Assembly: GCA_053919585.1 (NCBI GenBank)
Contig: CM132799.1
Length of the DNA stretch: 64,000 nt
Direction: 5' to 3' (one strand)
DNA from: Euprymna scolopes
Lineage: Eukaryota
Shown here: one piece after another, positions 54,901 through 64,000 of the stretch
Layout: each line of letters starts with the position of its first letter
How positions within the stretch are numbered: position 1 is the first letter of the stretch
Translations under genes and position numbers: made by a program
Notes under the pieces: generated by a model
Told to the model about the DNA's origin: nothing
Database searches by the model: none
Seen by the model: only the letters and a program-made list of their open reading frames with translations

Positions 54901-57900
54901 AACTAACTGACTCACTAACTGACTAACTAACTGACTCACAAACTGACTAACTAACTGACTCACTAACTGACTCACTAACTGACTAACTAACTGACTCACT
55001 AACTGACTAACTAACTGACTCACTAACTGACTAACTAACTGACTCACTAACTGACTAACTAACTGACTCACTAACTGACTAACTAACTGACTCACTAACT
55101 GACTAACTAACTGACTCACTAACTGACTAACTAACTGACTAACTAACTGACTAACTAACTGACTAACTAACTGACTAACTAACTGACTCACTAACTGACT
55201 AACTAACTGACTCACTAACTGACTAACTAACTGACTCACTAACTGACTCACTAACTGACTAACTAACTGACTAACTAACTGACTAACAAACTGACTCACT
55301 AACTGACTAACAAACTGACCCACTAACTGAGTCACTAACTGACTAACTAACTGACTAACTAACTGACTAACTAACTGACTCACTAACTGACTAACTAACT
55401 GACTCACTAACTGACTAACTAACTGACTAACTAACTGACTAACTAACTGACTCACTAACTGACTAACTAACTGACTCACTAACTGACTAACTAACTGACT
55501 CACTAACTTACTAACTAACTGACTCACTAACTGACTAACTAACTGACTCACTAACTGACTAACTAACTGACTCACTAACTGACTAACTAACTGACTCACT
55601 AACTGACTAACTAACTGACTCACTAACTGACTAACTAACTGACTAACTAACTGACTAACTAACTGACTAACTAACTGACTCACTAACTGACTAACTAACT
55701 GACTCACTAACTGCCTAACTAACTGACTAACTAACTGACTAACTAACTGACTCACTAACTGACTCACCAACTGACTAACTAACTAACTGACTAACTAACT
55801 GACTCACTAACTGACTAACTGACTAACTAACTGACTCACTAACTGACTAACTAACTGACTCACTAACTGACTCACTAACTGACTCACTAACTGACTCACT
55901 AACTGACTAACTAATTGACTAACTAACTGACTAACTAACTGACTCACTAACTGACTAACTAACTGACTAACTAACTGACTAACTAACTGACTAACTAACT
56001 GACTCACTAACTGACTAACTAACTGACTCACTAACTGACTAACTAACTGACTCACTAACTGACTAACTAACTGACTAACTAACTGACTAACTAACTGACT
56101 AACTAACTGACTCACTAACTGACTAACTAACTGACTAACTAACTGACTAACTAACTGACTCACTAACTGACTAACTAACTGACTCACTAACTGACTCACT
56201 AACTGACTAACTAACTTACTCACTAACTGACTAACTAACTGAGTCACTAACTGACTAACTAACTGACTAACTAACTGACTAACTAACTGACTCACTAACT
56301 GACTAACTAACTGACTAACTAACTGACAAACTAACTGACTAACTGACTAACTAACTGACTAACTAACTGACTCACTAACTGACTAACTAACTGACTAACT
56401 AACTGACTAACTAACTGACTCACTAACTGACTAACTAACTGACTAACTAACTGACTCACTAACTGACTAACTAACTGACTCACTAACTGACTAACTAACT
56501 GACTCACTAACTGACTAACTAACTGACTCACTAACTGGCTCACTAACTGACTAACTAACTGACTAACTAACTGACTAACTAACTGACTCACTAACTGACT
56601 AACTAACTGACTCACTAACTGACTAACTAACTGACTCACTAACTGACTAACTAACTGACTCACTAACTGACTAACTAACTGACTAACTAACTGACTAACT
56701 AACTGACTAACTAACTGACTCACTAACTGACTAACTAACTGACTAACTAACTGACTCACTAACTGACTCACTAACTGACTAACTAACTGACTAACTAACT
56801 GACTCACTAACTGACTAACTAACTGACTCACTAACTGACTAACTAACTGACTCACTAACTGACTAACTAACTGACTCACTAACTGACTAACTAACTGACT
56901 CACTAACTGACTCACTAACTGACTAACTAACTGACTAACTAACTGACTAACTAACTGACTAACTAACTGACTAACTAACTGACTCACTAACTGACTAACT
57001 AACTGACTAACTAACTGACTCACTAACTGACTAACTAACTGACTCACTAACTGACTAACTAACTGACTCACTAACTGACTCACTAACTGACTCACTAACT
57101 GACTAACTAACTGACTAACTAACTGACTAACTAACTGACTAACTAACTGATTCACTAACTGACTAACTAACTGACTCACTAACTGACTAACTAACTGACT
57201 TTCTAACTGACTCACTAACTGACTAACTAACTGACTAACTAACTGACTAACTAACTGACTCACTAACTGACTAACTAACTGACTCACTAACTGACTCACT
57301 AACTGACTAACTAACTGACTAACTAACTGACTAACTAACTGACTCACTAACTGACTAACTAACTGACTAACTAACTGACTAACTAACTGACTAACTAACT
57401 GACTAACTAACTGACTCACTAACTGACTAACTAACTGACTAACTGACTGACTAACTGACTAACTAACTGACTAACTAACTGACTCACTAACTGACTAACT
57501 AACTGACTCACTAACTGACTCACTAACTGACTCACTAACTGACTAACTAACTGACTAACTAACTGACTAACTAACTGACTAACTAACTGACTCACTAACT
57601 GACTAACTAACTGACTCACTAACTGACTAACTAACTGACTCACTAACTGACTCACTAACTGACTCACTAACTGACTAACTAACTGACTCAGTAACTGACT
57701 AACTAACTGACTCACTAACTGACTAACTAACTGACTCACTAACTGACTAACTAACTGACTCACTAACTGACTAACTAACTGACTCACTAACTGACTAACT
57801 AACTGACTCACTAACTGACTAACTAACTGACTCACTAACTGACTAACTAACTGACTCACTAACTGACTAACTAACTGACTAACTAACTGACTAACTAACT

Positions 57901-60900
57901 GACTAACTAACTGACTCACTAACTGACTAACTAACTGACTCACTAACTGCCTTACTAACTGACTGACTAACTGACTAACTAACTGACTGACTAACTGACT
58001 CACTAACTGACTGACTAACTAACTGACTAACTAACTGACTCACTAACTGACTAACTGACTAACTAACTGACTCACTAACTGACTAACTAACTGACTCACT
58101 AACTGACTAACTAACTGACTAACTAACTGACTAACTAACTGACTAACTAACTGACTAACTAACTGACTCACTAACTGACTAACTAACTGACTAACTAACT
58201 GACTAACTAACTGACTAACTAACTGACTAACTAACTGACTAACTAACTGACTCACTAACTGACTAACTAACTGACTCACTAACTGACTAACTAACTGACT
58301 CACTAACTGACTAACTAACTGACTCACTAACTGACTAACTAACTGACTAACTAACTGACTAACTAACTGACTAACTAACTGACTCACTAACTGACTAACT
58401 AACTGACTAACTAACTGACTAACTAACTGACTCAGTAACTGACTAACTAACTGACTCACTAACTGACTCACTAACTGACTAACTAACTGACTCACTAACT
58501 GACTCACTAACTGACTAACTAACTGACTAACTAACTGACTAACTAACTGACTCACTAACTGACTAACTAACTGACTAACTAACTGACTAACTAACTGACT
58601 CACTAACTGACTCACTAACTGACTAACTAACTGACTCACTAACTGACTAACTAACTGACTAACTAACTGACTCACTAACTGACTAACTAACTGACTCACT
58701 AACTGACTAACTAACTGACTCACTAACTGACTCACTAACTGACTAACTAACTGACTCACTAACTGACTAACTAACTGACTCACTAACTGACTAACTAACT
58801 GACTCACTAACTGACTCACTAACTGACTCACTAACTGACTAACTAACTGACTCACTAACTGACTAACTAACTGACTAACTAACTGACTAACGAACTGACT
58901 AACTAACTGACTCACTAACTGACTAACTAACTGACTCACTAACTGACTCACTAACTGACTAACTAACTGACTCACTAACTGACTAAATAACTGACTCACT
59001 AACTGACTAACTAACTGACTAACTAACTGACTCACTAACTGACTAACTAACTGACTCACTAACTGACTCACTAACTGACTCACTAACTGACTCACTAACT
59101 GACTAACTAATTGACTAACTGACTAACTAACTGACTAACTAACTGACTCACTAACTGACTCACTAACTGACTCACTAACTGACTAACTAACTGACTAACT
59201 AACTGACTCACTAACTGACTAACTAACTGACTAACAAACTGACTAACTAACTGACTCACTAACTGACTAACTAACTGACTCACTAACTGACTCACTAACT
59301 GACTAACTAACTGACTCACTAACTGACTAACTAACTGACTCACTAACTGACTAACTAACTGACTAACTAACTGACTCACTAACTGACTAACTAACTGACT
59401 CACTAACTGACTCACTAACTGACTAACTAACTGACTCACTAACTGACTAACTAACTGACTCACTAACTGACTAACTAACTGACTAACTAACTGACTCACT
59501 AACTGACTCACTAACTGACTAACTAACTGACTCACTAACTGACTAACTAACTGACTAACTAACTGACTCACTAACTGACTAACTAACTGACTCACCAACT
59601 GACTAACTAACTGACTAACTAACTGACTCACTAACTGACTAACTAACTGACTAACTAACTGACTCACTAACTGACTAACTAACTGACTAACTAACTGACT
59701 CACTAACTGACTCACTAACTGACTCACTAACTGACTAACTAACTGACTCACTAACTGACTAACTAACTGACTTACTAACTGACTAACTAACTGACTAACT
59801 AACTGACTCACTAACTGACTCACTAACTGACTCACTAACTGACTGACTAACTGACTGACTAACTGACTCACTAACTGACTAACTAACTGACTAACTAACT
59901 GACTCACTAACTGACTAACTAACTGACTAACTAACTGACTCACTAACTGACTAACTAATTGACTCACTAACTGACTCACTAACTGACTCACTAACTGACT
60001 AACTAACTGACTAACTAACTGACTCACTAACTGACTAACTAACTGACTAACTAACTGACTAACTAACTGACTCACTAACTGACTCACTAACTGACTAACT
60101 AACTGACTCACTAACTGACTAACTAACTGACTCACTAACTGACTCACTAACTGACTCACTAACTGACTAACTAATTGACTAACTAACTGACTAACTAACT
60201 GACTCACTAACTGACTAACTAACTGACTCACTAACTGACTAACTAACTGACTAACTAACTGACTCACTAACTGACTCACTAACTGACTAACTAACTGACT
60301 AACTAACTGACTAACTAACTGACTCACTAACTGACTAACTAACTGACTCACTAACTGACTCACTAACTGACTAACATACTGACTAACTAACTGACTAACT
60401 AACTGACTCACTAACTGACTAACTAACTGACTAACTAACTGACTAACTAACTGACTAACTAACTGACTCACTAACTGACTCACTAACTGACTAACTAACT
60501 GACTCACTAACTGACTAACTAACTGACTAACTAACTGACTCACTAACTGACTCACTAACTGACTCACTAACTGACTCACTAACTGACTCACTAACTGACT
60601 AACTAACTGACTCACTAACTGACTAACTAACTGACTAACTAACTGACTCACTAACTGACTCACTAACTGACTAACTAACTGACTAACTAACTGACTCACT
60701 AACTGACTAACTAACTGACTCACTAACTGACTAACTAACTGACTAACTAACTGACTAACTAACTGACTCACTAACTGACTAACTGACTGACTAACTAACT
60801 GACTAACTGACTAACTAACTGACTAACTAACTGACTCACTAACTGACTAACTAACTGACTAACTAACTGACTAACTAACTGACTCACTAACTGACTAACT

Positions 60901-63900
60901 AACTGACTCACTAACTGACTAACTAACTGACTCACTAACTGACTAACTAACTGACTCACTAACTGACTCACTAACTGGCTAACTAACTGACTCACTAACT
61001 GACTCACTAACTGACTAACTAACTGACTCACTAACTGACTCACTAACTGACTAACTAACTGACTCACTAACTGACTAACTAACTGACTAACTAACTGACT
61101 CACTAACTGACTAACTAACTGACTAACTAACTGACTCACTAACTGACTCACTAACTGACTAACTAACTGACTCACTTACTGACTCACTAACTGACTAACT
61201 AACTGACTAACTAACTGACTCACTAACTGACTAACTAACTGACTAACTAACTGACTCACTAACTGACTCACTAACTGACTCACTAACTGACTCACTAACT
61301 GACTCACTAACTGACTAACTAACTGACTAACTTACTGACTAACTAACTGACTAACTAACTGACTCACTAACTGACTAACTAACTGACTCACTAACTGACT
61401 AACTAACTGACTAACTAACTGACTCACTAACTGACTAACTAACTGACTCACTAACTGACTAACTAACTGACTCACTAACTGACTAACTAACTGACTAACT
61501 AACTGACTCACTAACTGACTAACTAACTGACTAACTAACTGACTCACTAACTGACTAACTAACTGACTAACTAACTGACTAACTAACTGACTCACTAACT
61601 GACTCACTAACTGACTCACTAACTTACTCACTAACTGACTAACTAACTGACTCACTAACTGACTAACTAACTGACTCACTAACTGACTAACTAACTGACT
61701 CACTAACTGACTAACTAACTGACTAACTAACTGACTCACTAACTGACTAACTAACTGACTAACTTACTGACTCACTAACTGACTCACTAACTGACTCACT
61801 AACTGACTCACTAACTGACTCACTAACTGACTCACTAACTTACTCACTAACTGACTAACTAACTGACTCACTAACTGACTAACTAACTGACTCACTAACT
61901 GACTAACTAACTGACTCACTAACTGACTAACTAACTGACTAACTAACTGACTCACTAACTGACTAACTAACTGACTAACTTACTGACTCACTAACTGACT
62001 CACTAACTGACTCACTAACTGACTCACTAACTGACTCACTAACTGACTAACTAACTGACTAACTAACTGACTCACTAACTGACTAACTAACTGACTAACT
62101 AACTGACTAACTAACTGACTAACTAACTGACTCACTAACTGACTCACTAACTGACTCACTAACTGACTAACTAACTGACTCACTAACTGACTAACTAACT
62201 GACTAACTAACTGACTCACTAACTGACTCACTAACTGACTAACTAACTGACTAACTAACTGACTCACTAACTGACTAACTAACTGACTCACTAACTGACT
62301 AACTAACTGACTAACTAACTGACTAACTAACTGACTCACTAACTGACTAACTGACTGACTAACTAACTGACTAACTGACTAACTAACTGACTAACTAACT
62401 GACTCACTAACTGACTAACTAACTGACTAACTAACTGACTAACTAACTGACTCACTAACTGACTAACTAACTGACTCACTAACTGACTAACTAACTGACT
62501 CACTAACTGACTAACTAACTGACTCACTAACTGACTCACTAACTGGCTAACTAACTGACTCACTAACTGACTCACTAACTGACTAACTAACTGACTCACT
62601 AACTGACTCACTAACTGACTAACTAACTGACTCACTAACTGACTAACTAACTGACTAACTAACTGACTCACTAACTGACTAACTAACTGACTAACTAACT
62701 GACTCACTAACTGACTCACTAACTGACTAACTAACTGACTCACTTACTGACTCACTAACTGACTAACAAACTGACTAACTAACTGACTCACTAACTGACT
62801 AACTAACTGACTAACTAACTGACTCACTAACTGACTCACTAACTGACTCACTAACTGACTCACTAACTGACTCACTAACTGACTAACTAACTGACTAACT
62901 TACTGACTAACTAACTGACTAACTAACTGACTCACTAACTGACTAACTAACTGACTCACTAACTGACTAACTAACTGACTAACTAACTGACTCACTAACT
63001 GACTAACTAACTGACTCACTAACTGACTAACTAACTGACTCACTAACTGACTAACTAACTGACTAACTAACTGACTCACTAACTGACTAACTAACTGACT
63101 AACTAACTGACTCACTAACTGACTAACTAACTGACTAACTAACTGACTAACTAACTGACTCACTAACTGACTCACTAACTGACTCACTAACTTACTCACT
63201 AACTGACTAACTAACTGACTCACTAACTGACTAACTAACTGACTCACTAACTGACTAACTAACTGACTCACTAACTGACTAACTAACTGACTAACTAACT
63301 GACTCACTAACTGACTAACTAACTGACTAACTTACTGACTCACTAACTGACTCACTAACTGACTCACTAACTGACTCACTAACTGACTCACTAACTGACT
63401 AACTAACTGACTAACTAACTGACTCACTAACTGACTAACTAACTGACTAACTAACTGACTAACTAACTGACTAACTAACTGACTCACTAACTGACTCACT
63501 AACTGACTAACTAACTGACTCACTAACTGACTAACTAACTGACTCACTAACTGACTCACTAACTGACTCACTAACTGACTCACTAACTGACTAACTAACT
63601 GACTCACTAACTGACTCACTAACTGACTAACTAACTGACTAACTAACTGACTAACTAACTGACTCACTAACTGACTAACTAACTGACTCACTAACTGACT
63701 CACTAACTGACTAACTAACTGACTCACTAACTGACTAACTAACTGACTAACTAACTGACTAACTAACTGACTCACTAACTGACTAACTAACTGACTCACT
63801 AACTGACTAACTAACTGACTAACTAACTGACTCACTAACTGACTAACTAAATGACTCACTCACTGACTAACTAACTGACTCACTAACTGACTAACTAACT

Positions 63901-64000
63901 GACTCACTAACTGACTCACTAACTGACTAACTAACTGACTAACTAACTGACTAACTAACTGACTCACTAACTGACTAACTAACTGACTCACTAACTGACT
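18904..64000. repeat. Giant 12-bp satellite (CTAACTGACT[A/C]A)n, >45 kb, ~3,750 units, running off the window end
   Basis: Uninterrupted array of tetramers CTAA-CTGA-CT(A/C)A; rare substitutions and 4-bp indels; no inserted unique sequence seen. Confidence 0.99.

Noticed and set aside
19091-63859. Long minus-strand poly-(VSQL) ORFs, where the variable site is the synonymous third position of Val (GTT/GTG, rarely GTC/GTA)
   Set aside because: One open frame is expected by chance for a 12-bp unit. The 'starts' are GTG/TTG, and 4-bp indels break the frame every 0.2-2 kb. The variable base is simply the position that distinguishes the CTNA tetramers.
18904-64000. Telomeric repeat (minus strand TTAG-based)
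   Set aside because: No GG/GGG runs, and the polarity is wrong: the C/A-rich strand runs 5'->3' away from the unique DNA, opposite to a chromosome end lying to the right.
18904-64000. CRISPR-like or information-storing array
   Set aside because: No unique spacers and no cas genes; eukaryotic context; the variant pattern is explained by block duplication.

Overview
Repeat-dominated animal (eukaryotic) genomic DNA; I found no host protein-coding gene. The SINE, Tx1 and Penelope-type repeats resemble those I recall from squid/cuttlefish genomes, but that taxonomy is unverified inference. Bases 1-18,900 are a nested transposon and minisatellite mosaic. They hold four minisatellites, a Tx1-like and three L2/CR1-group LINE fragments, a SINE with a 14-bp TSD, a foldback/MITE, about six non-autonomous Helitron copies or fragments (three joined head-to-tail) and a degenerate 5S rRNA copy. 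They also hold a structurally complete 4,979-bp Ty3/Gypsy (Mag-like) LTR retrotransposon at 10445-15423 (162-bp LTRs at 161/162 identity, ATGAC TSD, PBS, PPT). Its single gag-pol frame carries one TGA inside RT and an apparent 3-codon loss in the integrase HHCC finger. It sits between two inverted, degenerate Penelope-type hammerhead-ribozyme repeats. From ~18,900 to the window end (>45 kb) runs one satellite, (CTAACTGACT[A/C]A)n, with a near-binary variable site and layered kb-scale duplications. The poly-VSQL ORFs are artefacts of this array. I cannot show a new biological system from sequence alone; the best leads are the satellite's motif content and architecture, the hammerhead-flanked host element and the tandem Helitrons carrying Pol III boxes.
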